DNA from: Pseudomonadota bacterium
GTDB taxonomy: Bacteria; Pseudomonadota; Gammaproteobacteria; GCA-002705445; GCA-002716945
NCBI GenBank assembly: GCA_036140295.1
Contig: JAYZYL010000004.1
Coordinates: 7,636 to 71,635 of the forward strand
Direction: 5' to 3'
Length of the DNA: 64,000 nucleotides
Shown: positions 49,927 to 60,589 of the stretch, in pieces
Layout of the letters: every line of letters starts with the position of its first letter
How positions within the stretch are numbered: position 1 is the first letter of the stretch
Position numbers and translations under genes: made by a program
Notes under the pieces: model-generated
The model's database searches: none
What the model was told of the DNA's origin: nothing
What the model saw: the letters and a program-made list of their open reading frames with translations, nothing else

Positions 49927-51189
49927 ATGATAAAGAATAAAATAAAGAATTATGTGCAAAGCTTATGCAATAAAGCTTTGTTAGCTTCAAGGTTGACAGC
50001 ATTAAACACAGATAAAGGTCGAAATAAAATCTTAAAAAGAATTGCTAACAATTTAGATAAAGACCGAAAAAATATTAAAAAGAGTAACTCTATTGATACT
50101 GGTAATGCACATAAGAAAAAGTTAGGTGAAGCGATGATTGATCGTTTAACTCTTACAGATGATAGAATAACTGCAATGTGTCAAGGAATCTCTGAAATTA
50201 TTAAAATCCCTGACTTCCTATATAAAAATATAAATTTAAAAAAACAAAAAAGTGGAATTATCGTAGGACAGATGAGAGTTCCTCTTGGAGTAATAGGAAT
50301 GATTTATGAATCTAGACCCAACGTAACTATTGATGCTGCAGCCTTGTGCTTAAAATCTGGTAATAGTGTCATTCTGAGGGGCGGTTCAGAATCAATAGAG
50401 ACCAATAAAAGACTTATGGGTAGTATAAAAAAATCTCTTAAAGGTAAAAATAATCTTAATTTGGTTCAACTTGTTGAAATTACTGAAAGAGAAGCTGTTG
50501 GAAATCTTTTAAAGATGAATAAGTTTGTAGATATTATCATTCCTAGAGGAGGAAAAAGCCTTATAGAAAGAATTTCTAGAGAATCAACAATACCTGTAAT
50601 TAAACATCTAGATGGTAATTGTCATGTGTATATAGATAAATATGCAAATATGAAAAATGCTAAAAATATTGCTGTAAATTCTAAAGTCCAAAGACTTGGT
50701 GTTTGTAATGCAATGGAAACCTTATTAATACATAAAGATGTTCCAAAAAAAATAACATCAGAAATTTTTTATACATTAGAAAGCCATAAAATTGAAATTA
50801 GAGGTTGTCATAATCTTAAAAAGTCTTTTAAAAATATTGTTCTTGCAAAAGAGAGTGACTGGTATACAGAATTTCTTGGCCCCATTGTATCCGCTAAAAT
50901 AGTAAAAAATGTAGATGAAGCAATTGAACACATAGAGAAGTATGGATCAAACCATACTGATGCAATTGTGTCTTCAAATCAAAATGCAGTTAAAAAGTTT
51001 TTAAGTATGGTTAATTCAAGTTCAGTAATGGTTAATACATCTACAAGATTTGCCGATGGATTTGAATATGGACTTGGAGCTGAGATAGGAATAAGTACAG
51101 ATAAATTGCATGCACGAGGACCAGTTGGAGTTGAGGGTCTTACAAGTTTAAAATATATTGTAACTAGTCAAGGGAAAGTTAGAAATTAA
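49927..51189 (+). CDS. proA: Gamma-glutamyl phosphate reductase
   Basis: VPLGVIGMIYESRPNVT, CNAMET, GAEIGIST.KLHARGP; start ATG 49927. Confidence 0.98.
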   Translation: MIKNKIKNYVQSLCNKALLASRLTALNTDKGRNKILKRIANNLDKDRKNIKKSNSIDTGNAHKKKLGEAMIDRLTLTDDRITAMCQGISEIIKIPDFLYKNINLKKQKSGIIVGQMRVPLGVIGMIYESRPNVTIDAAALCLKSGNSVILRGGSESIETNKRLMGSIKKSLKGKNNLNLVQLVEITEREAVGNLLKMNKFVDIIIPRGGKSLIERISRESTIPVIKHLDGNCHVYIDKYANMKNAKNIAVNSKVQRLGVCNAMETLLIHKDVPKKITSEIFYTLESHKIEIRGCHNLKKSFKNIVLAKESDWYTEFLGPIVSAKIVKNVDEAIEHIEKYGSNHTDAIVSSNQNAVKKFLSMVNSSSVMVNTSTRFADGFEYGLGAEIGISTDKLHARGPVGVEGLTSLKYIVTSQGKVRN

Positions 51190-51190
51190 T

Positions 51191-51823
51191 ATAGACAAGA
51201 ATATTAGAATAGGTATTTATGGGGGAGCATTTGATCCAATACATGAAGGACATATCCAACCAATATTAGAAGTCTCCCAGCGACATAAGCTAAATAAAAC
51301 TCACTTTGTTTTAACAAATATTTCAAATTCTAAAAAGAAAATTGAAGCTCCACCAGAAAAAAGACTATTAATGATGAAAGAAGCAATTGGGCAAGTGGAA
51401 AATTTTATTATTGATGATAGAGAAATTAAAAGGGGAGGAACTTCTTACACACACGAGACAATAAGTGAAATAAAAAAAGAATATCCTTCTAAAGTTAAAT
51501 TATACTGTATTATTGGTTATGATTTATTAGATTCAATTAGTTCATGGGAATATTTTCAAGAGATTCTAGAATTATCTAACATATTAGTAACGCGCAGAGA
51601 AAACTCTAACAGTGAATCATCTAAAAACAAGGTTTTTCCTTATTTAACGACAAATCAAAGTATATTTCATAATGCATCATATGGTAAAATATTTATAGAA
51701 AATACATCAATAATTAATGTTACTTCAACAGATATCAAATATAAGATTAAAAATAATATCTCAATTTCGGGTTTGGTTAACCCAAACTTGGAAAGATGGC
51801 TAGAAAAAAATAAGGTCTACTAA
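51191..51823 (+). CDS. nadD: Nicotinate-nucleotide adenylyltransferase (no canonical start codon)
   Basis: Frame upstream of the ORF-track start reads IDKNIRIGIYGGAFDPIHEGH; also SYT, IIGYD, VTSTDIK; proA-nadD-rsfS synteny. Confidence 0.88.
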   Translation: MDKNIRIGIYGGAFDPIHEGHIQPILEVSQRHKLNKTHFVLTNISNSKKKIEAPPEKRLLMMKEAIGQVENFIIDDREIKRGGTSYTHETISEIKKEYPSKVKLYCIIGYDLLDSISSWEYFQEILELSNILVTRRENSNSESSKNKVFPYLTTNQSIFHNASYGKIFIENTSIINVTSTDIKYKIKNNISISGLVNPNLERWLEKNKVY

Positions 51824-51827
51824 CTCT

Positions 51828-52169
51828 ATGAAATTACTTAAAAAATCTGTTATAACAATTTTAGAAGATAACAAGGCTGAAGATATAATTTCAATAGATG
51901 TAAAAAATAAAACCTCAGTGACAGATAATATAATTATTGTTTCCGGAAGGTCTTTGCGTCATGTTAAATCAATAGCAGATAATCTTATAAAAGAGCTGAA
52001 AAGAGAAAAAATAAAGCCAATTGGAATAGAAGGATACACAAAATCTGAATGGATTTTGCTTGATTATGGAGACCTTCTCATCCATGTTATGCACCCTGAA
52101 AAAAGAAGTTTCTACTCTTTAGAAAAACTTTGGGATGAGAACCTTGAGGCTAATAACCGTGTATATTAG
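51828..52169 (+). CDS. rsfS: Ribosome silencing factor
   Basis: KAEDI, WILLDYGD..IHVM, FYSLEKLW. Confidence 0.97.
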   Translation: MKLLKKSVITILEDNKAEDIISIDVKNKTSVTDNIIIVSGRSLRHVKSIADNLIKELKREKIKPIGIEGYTKSEWILLDYGDLLIHVMHPEKRSFYSLEKLWDENLEANNRVY

Positions 52170-52175
52170 CACTGA

Positions 52176-55100
52176 ATGAATAAAGCATATCTATATTTAG
52201 CAAACATTCTATCTGCTATTTTAATATTTTTCTTTGTTATTATTTTTGTTACAGAGAACACAAACTTTATAAATGAAAATTATAGAGGAGCAGTTGTTAA
52301 CACAATAGAAAAAAATATAAATAAAGCTTTGGTGGATAAATATAAAGATAGATTGGATGTAAAAATTGGAGAGATAAAAATTAAATGGAATGGGTTAGCT
52401 CCAAAGGTCTTATTTAATAATGTTATTTTAACTGATTCATACAAGGATACTAAAAAAGTTATAATTTCTGCCGATAAACTTATAGCTTCTTTGAATATTT
52501 TTGATTCAATCCTAAACAATAGGATAATACCAAAAGAATTTAATATTGTTAGAACTGATTTGAAGCTGACGTATAATAGAGGGAAATTATTTTTTAGGGA
52601 TAAGAATATTAATGAATTAAAGGACTATTTCATTACTAACAATAATAGAAATGGGATTGATTTTTCAAGACTTAGTTTCAGAATTACCGATTCTTCAATT
52701 ACATTAAAAGGGATGCCTAGATTTCCTAAATACAAATTTAAAAAGATTAATCTTGCACTTATTAGTAAAAATAATAATTTGAAAATATTTACAACATTTA
52801 ATCATATACATGATGATGAATTCGTACATATTGCTGCAGATCTAAATTTGTCAAAAAACAAAGATCCAAGTGGGATAATATATTCCAAAGGAGTCAATTT
52901 AAATCTTAAGAAATTTTTTCTCCAACCAAAAAACACTGATACTTTGGTAGATAAACTAAATTATACTCTTTGGTCAACCTTAAAAGATGGGAAAATAATT
53001 GAATTAGATGGAAAAATAAAATCTAATAATCTACTTTTTAGGAATAGAATAACAAATAAAAAACTTGTTCTAACTAAATTTAATTCAAAAATACATTATG
53101 ATGAGAAAAATTATAATAAGACATTTCTATTATCTAATTTTGATGTTGATACAAAAAATCATGAATATAGGGACAATCATTTTTTTCTTAAAATTAAAGA
53201 AGATAATAAGATAGACTTTTTACTGAATAGTATTTCGGTTAATGATTTTAGGAGTTTCCTAAATCTATTTCCTAAAACATTAAAAAAGAATGTTTCTAAG
53301 AAATTTAATTATGTGCAGGAAGGGGAGATTAACCAAATAAAGGTTTTTGATTTTCAGGGAACAAAAAATCTGCAGTTTTCATTTTTCTTTAAAGATATAA
53401 AGATCATAAAAAAAGGGAAAAAATTTTCAGCACATAATTTATCTGGATATTCTGAGGGTAACTATAATGCGGGTATTGTAGATATTTATAATGCGAAAAT
53501 AAACCTAAAAGATAAGGCCTTAGATACAACAAAAGACCCTCTTGATATCAAAGCTGTAGTTTATTATCAACTTAAAAAAAATAATTTATATGTTAAAACC
53601 AAGAATCTTACAATAGCTAAGGAACACAAGATTGATGTGAGTGCATCACTAAAGAGAGGAAAATTAAATTTTAGAGTTATAACTTCTGGTAAAACTGAAT
53701 CATTAATGAAAACCTTTCAAAGGTACAAGACAAAATTTGTACCCAATCAGGATATTATTTTTTCAGGGAAATATACTATAGATCTTAGAGCCCAAGATTA
53801 TATAAATAAAAAGAACCTTTATGGTGTTTTTGAAATATCCAATTTAACTATACATGATAAGAGTAAAGACTTATCAATTACAGATTTAAGAACTAGAATT
53901 AATTTTAATGGTATACATGCAATATCTGAGAAAACTGAATTTTATTTTGATGGGAATAAATTCAATTTTTCTATAAATACAGATGTGATTAACAGGTCTA
54001 TAAAATATTACATAAATACAAGTGGCAAGATAAACACAAAACTAGTGAAGAGAATCTTAAATATTGATAATAAGGATATTGTACAAGGTTCAGCATTTTC
54101 TAGAATTAATATATACGTTGATCCAGAAAGCTATTTAGAAAGAATTAACTTTAATCTTATTTCTGAACTAAAAGGAGTATCTGTAAATATATTTGGACCT
54201 TTAAAAAAATCTATTGATGAAAAAAAACTACTTAATATTGCATATGCGTATGACAGAAATAAAAAAGATAAAGTCAAAGTATTTTTTGATAAATATAAAA
54301 TGCTAGTTGATTTTAATAATGATACTTGGTTATTAAATATAGATTCACCTTACATTAAAGGGAAAGTTAATTGGCCTCTAGATTATTCAAAAGAAAAACG
54401 AGTATTGGCAAATTTAGTTTTTTTAGATATGAATAAATTTAGTTATCCATCTGAAATTAATGATTTACCATTTTTACATTTAAAATCAAGGCAGATAAGA
54501 ATAGGGTCTTTATATCTTGATAATGTAGATGTTCTAACTTCTCCAGATAAGGAAAATTTAATTTTTGAAAAATTTATTTTTAATAATGTTTATTTATCTA
54601 TGAAAGCAAAAGGGAAGTGGTTAAAAAATAAAAAAGGAGAAAAAACTTTTTTTGATGCAAAATTTAAAAGCGATGATTTAGGGAAAGCCCTAAAAGGTTT
54701 GGGGTATGATGGATTAGTTAAGAAAGGTAAACTTGATTCTAGATTTGTAGGATCTTGGACAGGTTCTCCAGAAGACTTTAAATTTTCTATTTTTGATGGA
54801 AGCTTAAAAATAAATTCAAAAAATGGAGAAGTTTTACAAGTAAATAAACAAACGCAAGCAATAGGACAATTATTAGGATTGTTCAGTATTGCTTCAATAC
54901 CAAAGAGACTTTCACTTGATTTTAGTGATTTTTTCTCTTCAGGACTGAGATATGATGATATGGACGGACAGCTGATCTTTAAATCTGGAAAGGCTGACAC
55001 AGAACAATTAGTTCTGAAGGGTTCATTTGGAGAAATGAGACTAAAGGGAGAAACTGATCTTATAGATGAAACATATGACCAGACTCTTCTCTTTATACCA

Positions 55101-55301
55101 GACTTATCATCAACAAGCTTGATTACGGGCACGGTAATTGGAGGACCAATCGGGGCAGTTGCTTCAATTTTTTATGATAAATTCTTAAAAGAGATTGGAA
55201 TAGACACTAATAAGCTAGCTGGTATAGAATATTCGGTAAAAGGACCATGGAGAGATCCAGAAGTAAAAGTTACTGAATCATTTAAACCAATATTAAATTG
55301 A
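52176..55301 (+). CDS. yhdP: YhdP-like AsmA-family phospholipid transport protein
   Basis: N-terminal TM anchor, long beta-rich body, C-terminal LPKRLSLDFSD-like and Y.V.GPW.DP motifs; upstream of nitrilase-tldD. Confidence 0.82.
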   Translation: MNKAYLYLANILSAILIFFFVIIFVTENTNFINENYRGAVVNTIEKNINKALVDKYKDRLDVKIGEIKIKWNGLAPKVLFNNVILTDSYKDTKKVIISADKLIASLNIFDSILNNRIIPKEFNIVRTDLKLTYNRGKLFFRDKNINELKDYFITNNNRNGIDFSRLSFRITDSSITLKGMPRFPKYKFKKINLALISKNNNLKIFTTFNHIHDDEFVHIAADLNLSKNKDPSGIIYSKGVNLNLKKFFLQPKNTDTLVDKLNYTLWSTLKDGKIIELDGKIKSNNLLFRNRITNKKLVLTKFNSKIHYDEKNYNKTFLLSNFDVDTKNHEYRDNHFFLKIKEDNKIDFLLNSISVNDFRSFLNLFPKTLKKNVSKKFNYVQEGEINQIKVFDFQGTKNLQFSFFFKDIKIIKKGKKFSAHNLSGYSEGNYNAGIVDIYNAKINLKDKALDTTKDPLDIKAVVYYQLKKNNLYVKTKNLTIAKEHKIDVSASLKRGKLNFRVITSGKTESLMKTFQRYKTKFVPNQDIIFSGKYTIDLRAQDYINKKNLYGVFEISNLTIHDKSKDLSITDLRTRINFNGIHAISEKTEFYFDGNKFNFSINTDVINRSIKYYINTSGKINTKLVKRILNIDNKDIVQGSAFSRINIYVDPESYLERINFNLISELKGVSVNIFGPLKKSIDEKKLLNIAYAYDRNKKDKVKVFFDKYKMLVDFNNDTWLLNIDSPYIKGKVNWPLDYSKEKRVLANLVFLDMNKFSYPSEINDLPFLHLKSRQIRIGSLYLDNVDVLTSPDKENLIFEKFIFNNVYLSMKAKGKWLKNKKGEKTFFDAKFKSDDLGKALKGLGYDGLVKKGKLDSRFVGSWTGSPEDFKFSIFDGSLKINSKNGEVLQVNKQTQAIGQLLGLFSIASIPKRLSLDFSDFFSSGLRYDDMDGQLIFKSGKADTEQLVLKGSFGEMRLKGETDLIDETYDQTLLFIPDLSSTSLITGTVIGGPIGAVASIFYDKFLKEIGIDTNKLAGIEYSVKGPWRDPEVKVTESFKPILN

Positions 55302-55323
55302 TATATTCTTATTATTAAGAGAT

Positions 55324-56145
55324 ATGACTGACGTTACAGCAATACAATTGACATCAGGGCCAAACATACAAGCAAATTTGTATGAGGTTGGTATGTATTT
55401 TGATGAAATTAGTAAATTAAATACTAAATTAGTGGTTCTTCCAGAGAACTTTGCTCTAATGCCTGAAAATGATAATGATTTTTTAAGAAATTCGGAATTG
55501 GAAGGAAATGGGCCAATACAGGAATTTTTGGTAGAGAGTGCCAAAAAATATAAGTTTTGGATTGTTGGTGGGACTATCCCAATTAAAACTAAAGACAAAA
55601 AAAAAGTAACTGCAACAACCTTTGTCTACAATGAGAAAGGAGAAACAAAATGTAGATATGATAAAGTTCACCTTTTTGATGTTAAATTACCTAATTCAGA
55701 TGAATCATATAATGAATCAAGAGTATTCTTGCATGGAGAAAAAATACATGTTATTAAAACCCCTGTAGGAATTGTTGGATTATCATGTTGTTATGACTTA
55801 AGGTTTCCTGAACTTTTTCGACTCCAACATAAATACAATGTAGAAATATTTGTTCTTCCTGCTGCTTTTACTGAACAAACAGGAAAAATTCATTGGAAAA
55901 CCCTTGTGAAAGCAAGAGCAATCGAAAATCTATGCTATATGATTACTGCATGTCAGGGCGGCTATCATATAAGCGGAAGAAAGACTCATGGACATAGTAT
56001 GATAGTAAATCCATGGGGACAGACTCTAGAAGAGATAGAATCTGGGAAAGGGTTTATTTGTTCTAAAATTAATCAAAAACAGCTGCATTCAATTAGGAAA
56101 AATTTTCCAGTTCTTGAACATATACGGTTACTAAAGAAAAAATGA
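55324..56145 (+). CDS. Carbon-nitrogen hydrolase (Nit1/deaminated glutathione amidase-like)
   Basis: E-K-C triad: LPEN, YDKVHLFD, CYDLRFPE. Confidence 0.92.
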   Translation: MTDVTAIQLTSGPNIQANLYEVGMYFDEISKLNTKLVVLPENFALMPENDNDFLRNSELEGNGPIQEFLVESAKKYKFWIVGGTIPIKTKDKKKVTATTFVYNEKGETKCRYDKVHLFDVKLPNSDESYNESRVFLHGEKIHVIKTPVGIVGLSCCYDLRFPELFRLQHKYNVEIFVLPAAFTEQTGKIHWKTLVKARAIENLCYMITACQGGYHISGRKTHGHSMIVNPWGQTLEEIESGKGFICSKINQKQLHSIRKNFPVLEHIRLLKKK

Positions 56146-57572
56146 ATAATATTAAAGACTTAATACTTACTCCTTACAATCTCACAGACCAAAAAGTTGA
56201 GAAGGTATTATCAGTAGCATGTTCAAAAAAAATAGATTTTTCTGATATATTTTTTGAACATACAATTACTGAGTCCTGGACTTTGGACGATGGCATCATA
56301 AAAGCAGGGACGTCCAATATAGATAGTGGATTTGGAATTAGATCGGTTTCAGATGATAAGAGTGGATTTGCTTATGGTAGCCAATTTAATTTTGAAGATT
56401 TGATGGAAGCAGCACAAATGTCTAGATCTATTGTAAATCATGGACAAGAAAAGTCAGTTTGCCTTGGAAACTCAAAAAAATATACAAAATTATATGATTC
56501 TGGATCGCCACTAGATTTTACCAGTGATAATGATAAAGTTAATTTTTTGAAATCTATCGATACATATATAAGAAAGCAAGATTCAAAAGTTGATCAGGTC
56601 ATACTAAACCTTAGTGCATCACATGAATCAATTCTTGTAATGAATAGCGATGGCGTTAAGGCAATTGACTCAAGGCCATTAGTTCGTTTTAGTGTAGCAG
56701 TTATCCTAAAAGATAAAGAAAGAAGAGAACAAGGTTTCTCTGGTGGTGGTGGGAGATATATGTATGATGAAATTCTTAACAATAAATCAAGTTATAAATT
56801 TGCTGATGAAGCGCTTAGACAGGCTAATATCAATTTAAATGCTATTGACTGTAAGGCGGGTACAGCAACTGTTGTTCTTGGACCAGGTTGGCCAGGAGTT
56901 TTGTTACATGAAGCAATAGGACATGGTCTTGAAGGAGACTTTAATAGAAAGAAGACCTCTGCCTATACTGGTTTACTTGGTAAGAAAGTAGCTTCGTCTG
57001 AATGTACTGTTGTTGACGATGGAACTATGGCTAAGAGAAGAGGTTCATTGTCAATTGATGATGAAGGTAATGAGACACAAAGAACAGTTCTTATAGAAAA
57101 CGGAATACTCAAAGGTTATATGCAAGATAAACTCAATGCTCGTTTAATGAAAACATCATCAACAGGAAATGGAAGAAGAGAAAGTTATAGCTGTTTACCA
57201 ATGCCAAGAATGACAAATACTTTCATGTTACCAGGGAAACATAACCCCAACGAAATCATAGAATCAGTTAAAAAAGGAATTTATGCTGCCAATTTTTCAG
57301 GAGGACAAGTAGATATTACAAACGGACAATTTGTCTTTACCGCCTCAGAAGCGTACAACATCAAAGATGGAAAAATCACTAATCCAATCAAAGACATGAC
57401 TTTAATTGGAAATGGACCAGAAGTATTGAAAAAAGTATCTATGGTTGGAAATGACTTAAAACTAGATGATGGCGTAGGTACTTGTGGAAAAGATGGACAG
57501 ACGGTTCCTGTTGGAGTCGGGCAACCAACATTAAAGATTGATGAAATTACTGTTGGAGGTACACAATTATAA
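56142..57572 (+). CDS. tldD: Metalloprotease TldD
   Basis: LHEAIGHGLEGD, MPRMTNT, CGKDGQ. Confidence 0.97.
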   Translation: MNNIKDLILTPYNLTDQKVEKVLSVACSKKIDFSDIFFEHTITESWTLDDGIIKAGTSNIDSGFGIRSVSDDKSGFAYGSQFNFEDLMEAAQMSRSIVNHGQEKSVCLGNSKKYTKLYDSGSPLDFTSDNDKVNFLKSIDTYIRKQDSKVDQVILNLSASHESILVMNSDGVKAIDSRPLVRFSVAVILKDKERREQGFSGGGGRYMYDEILNNKSSYKFADEALRQANINLNAIDCKAGTATVVLGPGWPGVLLHEAIGHGLEGDFNRKKTSAYTGLLGKKVASSECTVVDDGTMAKRRGSLSIDDEGNETQRTVLIENGILKGYMQDKLNARLMKTSSTGNGRRESYSCLPMPRMTNTFMLPGKHNPNEIIESVKKGIYAANFSGGQVDITNGQFVFTASEAYNIKDGKITNPIKDMTLIGNGPEVLKKVSMVGNDLKLDDGVGTCGKDGQTVPVGVGQPTLKIDEITVGGTQL

Positions 57573-57576
57573 TATT

Positions 57577-58905
57577 ATGTTCCCTCAGGAATTAATAAAA
57601 TATAAAGAAACACTTCTAAACCTTTCGAAAAAAATAAATAAAAAATATGCTTACCAGTTTAACGTAAGTTTAACTGAAGGAATCACAGTTACATCTAGAT
57701 GTGGAAGTATCGAGAGCATTGAACATCATAAAGATAATACTTTAGGTGTAAAAATATTTTGTGAAAATAGACAAGGTTTTGCTGTTACAAATAACTTGTC
57801 AATTGAAAGCATAGATAAGGCTATTGAGAAAGCTAAAAATATTTCGATCAATACACAGCCAGATATTTATAATGGATTACCTGAAAATAATTTTGTCACA
57901 GGGGATAACATCCCAAAACTTGATCTTTATCATCCATCTAACTTAGATATAAATAAACTTATTAACATAACGCATGAATGTGAAAATAGCGCTTTCAATC
58001 ATGATAAAAGGATTAATAATTCTGAAGGAACTTCTTTCTCATATGGAAAAGGCAATACTCTTATGTTAAATAGTAAAGGTGCACATGGAATGAAACAGGG
58101 AACAAACTTTTCTCTTTCATGTATTGTGCTCGCAGAAGAAGGAAGCAGTAAAGAAAGAGACTATGAATACTCAATAACTAAAGATTTTAAAAATTTAGAA
58201 TCACCTGAAAAAGTTGGTATTCAAGCAGCTCAAAATGCTATTTCAAGGTTAGGAGCGAAAACAATTAAGACACGAGTTTGTCCGGTATTGTTCTCGCCAG
58301 AGATGTCTGTTTCAATCTTCAATGACTTTCTGTCAGCCATCAAAGGAGCAGCGATATATAAAAGAGCAAGTTTCTTGCTAGATCAGATCGACAAACGTAT
58401 ATTTCCTAACTTTATCAATATTACAGAAGAACCTCATTTAGCCAATGGCATAGGGAGCAGTCCATACGATGGGGAGGGTGTACTTACTAGAAAAAAAGAT
58501 ATTGTACAAAATGGTGAACTTAAAACATATTTACTAGATACTTATTCAGCTAAAAGGTTAAATAGTACCTCAACTTCGAATAAAGACTTAGTAACAAATA
58601 TTATTATTGATTCTACAGAAAAAAAAATACCAAATATAATTTCAAATATAGAAGATGGAATATATATAACAGAGATGATGGGTTCGGGTGTAAATCTTAT
58701 AACTGGAGATTATTCACGAGGTGCGTTTGGATATCTTGTAAAGAATGGAGAAATTATACACCCAGTAAATGGAATAACAGTTGCTTCAAACCTTCAAGAT
58801 ATGTTTAAGAATATAATAGGGCTTGGAGATGATATTGATAAAAGATCTAATATTAATACTGGATCTATTCTGATCAATAATATAACAATAGGTGGAGCTA
58901 GTTAA
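57577..58905 (+). CDS. pmbA: Metalloprotease PmbA/TldE
   Basis: YDGEG, GVNLITGDYSRGA; follows tldD; start ATG 57577. Confidence 0.93.
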   Translation: MFPQELIKYKETLLNLSKKINKKYAYQFNVSLTEGITVTSRCGSIESIEHHKDNTLGVKIFCENRQGFAVTNNLSIESIDKAIEKAKNISINTQPDIYNGLPENNFVTGDNIPKLDLYHPSNLDINKLINITHECENSAFNHDKRINNSEGTSFSYGKGNTLMLNSKGAHGMKQGTNFSLSCIVLAEEGSSKERDYEYSITKDFKNLESPEKVGIQAAQNAISRLGAKTIKTRVCPVLFSPEMSVSIFNDFLSAIKGAAIYKRASFLLDQIDKRIFPNFINITEEPHLANGIGSSPYDGEGVLTRKKDIVQNGELKTYLLDTYSAKRLNSTSTSNKDLVTNIIIDSTEKKIPNIISNIEDGIYITEMMGSGVNLITGDYSRGAFGYLVKNGEIIHPVNGITVASNLQDMFKNIIGLGDDIDKRSNINTGSILINNITIGGAS

Positions 58906-60589
58906 GATTAAGTATTAAAAATAATGTAAAAATTATTAATACAATTGTAATCATGATAGATATATTGTTTTGTTTTATTAAATAGTTTTCAATCTTTATA
59001 AATTTTTCATAGCTTATTAATTCAGAAATCTTCTCTTTTAAAAATTTCATTATACAGAGAAAATGTGTTATTAAAGACTGAGATAAAGTATTTCCTTTCC
59101 TATAAAACCAATCAAAATCTAAGGTAATAGTTAATTTTCTTTCTAGATATTTTAAGCTCACAAAAAATGCTAAGCCAGAAAATAAGAGCAGATGTGTTTG
59201 TGAAATGACATGATTCCATGTATATGGAAGATACATTGCATTAAAAGGGAGTAAGCCATAAAGTAGGTTAGGGAAAACTCCAATTAATATACACAAAAAG
59301 GATGATAAAATCATTGCGCTTTTCATATATATAGGAGGATCACTAGCTATTATATTTTTATCTTTATTAAAGAAAACAAACCAAGGAAATTTAATTCCTG
59401 CATGAAGAAAAACACCTGCTGAACCAACTAATAGCATAAACCATACAAACTCAAGACCTTGCTGATAGCTTGCATCTGTAATCATTGATTTAGAAATAAA
59501 TCCAGATGTTAGTGGAAAAGCTGAGATTGATAAGGCACCTATAATTGCACATACAGTTGTAAGAGGCATTACTTTATACAAACCGCCAACATCGGTACAT
59601 TTTCTTTTTTGGGTAATATAAATTACACTTCCAGCTGACATCAGCAATAAACCTTTGTATATAATATGTGCAAACGCATGAGAAGCACTTCCGTTTAAGG
59701 ATAATTCAGTTCCAATTCCTATACCTACAACCATAAACCCAACCTGATTTACAATGCTATATGCCAATATTCTTCTAATATCATTTTCTAGTAATGCATA
59801 AATTATTCCATACATGATCATATATAAACCGATGTAAATAAGAATCTGTGTTCCTGCAAAGATAACAATCAAAGCAAATACAGAAGTTTTTGTTGTATAA
59901 GCAGACAGAAAGACAGTTGATGAATAACTAGCTTCTGGATATGCATCTGGTATCCAAGATGAAAGTGGTGGAGCCCCTGCATTCAATAACAAACCAATCA
60001 GAATTAGCCAATTATACCAATCAGAACCTTGTAGATTTCTAAGAGCTAAATCTTGTGTATTAATTGATAGGCCTACAATTCCTATCAATAGAATTATGCC
60101 TCCAAGCAAATGAATCAGTAAATAACGGGTTCCCGCATGATACGATACATTAGTATTTGCTGACCAAATTATAAATGTTGAAGCAATAGCCATTAACTCC
60201 CAAAAAATATAAAAAGTTATAAAGTCACCGGAAAAAATAACAGAAACAGAAGAACCTATGTAAATCAATATCAGTGCTTTTTCAATATAATTATCCCTAT
60301 ATATTGAAAATAACTTCCCTAAAATACCAATTATTAGATAAACCAAACAAAAGAAAAAACCTAACTGGCTATAAGAAAAATAGTTTAAAGATAAATAGTT
60401 TTGGTTATCAACTCCCAGTGAGGTTAATGTGTATGTTAAGCTCATTTCGTCCGTAATGAAAACAAGAACATATAGTGCAACAAGTAATGAACCAATAGAA
60501 ATTAAGTTTTCTTTATCTTTAAATATAAAGATTAGCAATGACCCAATAAATATTGGAATTGCAGGATGTAGAAATATGTCAGTCATCAT
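58898..60589 (-). CDS. mrpD: Mrp-type Na+/H+ antiporter large subunit (MrpD/MrpA-like, third paralogue)
   Basis: FWELM, WIPDAYP, RRILAYS, GFISKS; proton-antiporter membrane domain. Confidence 0.85.
   Translation of the reverse strand: MMTDIFLHPAIPIFIGSLLIFIFKDKENLISIGSLLVALYVLVFITDEMSLTYTLTSLGVDNQNYLSLNYFSYSQLGFFFCLVYLIIGILGKLFSIYRDNYIEKALILIYIGSSVSVIFSGDFITFYIFWELMAIASTFIIWSANTNVSYHAGTRYLLIHLLGGIILLIGIVGLSINTQDLALRNLQGSDWYNWLILIGLLLNAGAPPLSSWIPDAYPEASYSSTVFLSAYTTKTSVFALIVIFAGTQILIYIGLYMIMYGIIYALLENDIRRILAYSIVNQVGFMVVGIGIGTELSLNGSASHAFAHIIYKGLLLMSAGSVIYITQKRKCTDVGGLYKVMPLTTVCAIIGALSISAFPLTSGFISKSMITDASYQQGLEFVWFMLLVGSAGVFLHAGIKFPWFVFFNKDKNIIASDPPIYMKSAMILSSFLCILIGVFPNLLYGLLPFNAMYLPYTWNHVISQTHLLLFSGLAFFVSLKYLERKLTITLDFDWFYRKGNTLSQSLITHFLCIMKFLKEKISELISYEKFIKIENYLIKQNNISIMITIVLIIFTLFLILNLN

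Noticed and set aside
52176-55301. Very AT-rich 1041-aa ORF as possible foreign or phage gene
   Set aside because: C-terminal motifs and yhdP-nitrilase-tldD synteny identify a fast-evolving native YhdP
56142-58905. tldD-pmbA as part of a peptide (microcin/RiPP) cluster
   Set aside because: No precursor peptide or modifying enzymes nearby; standard housekeeping context
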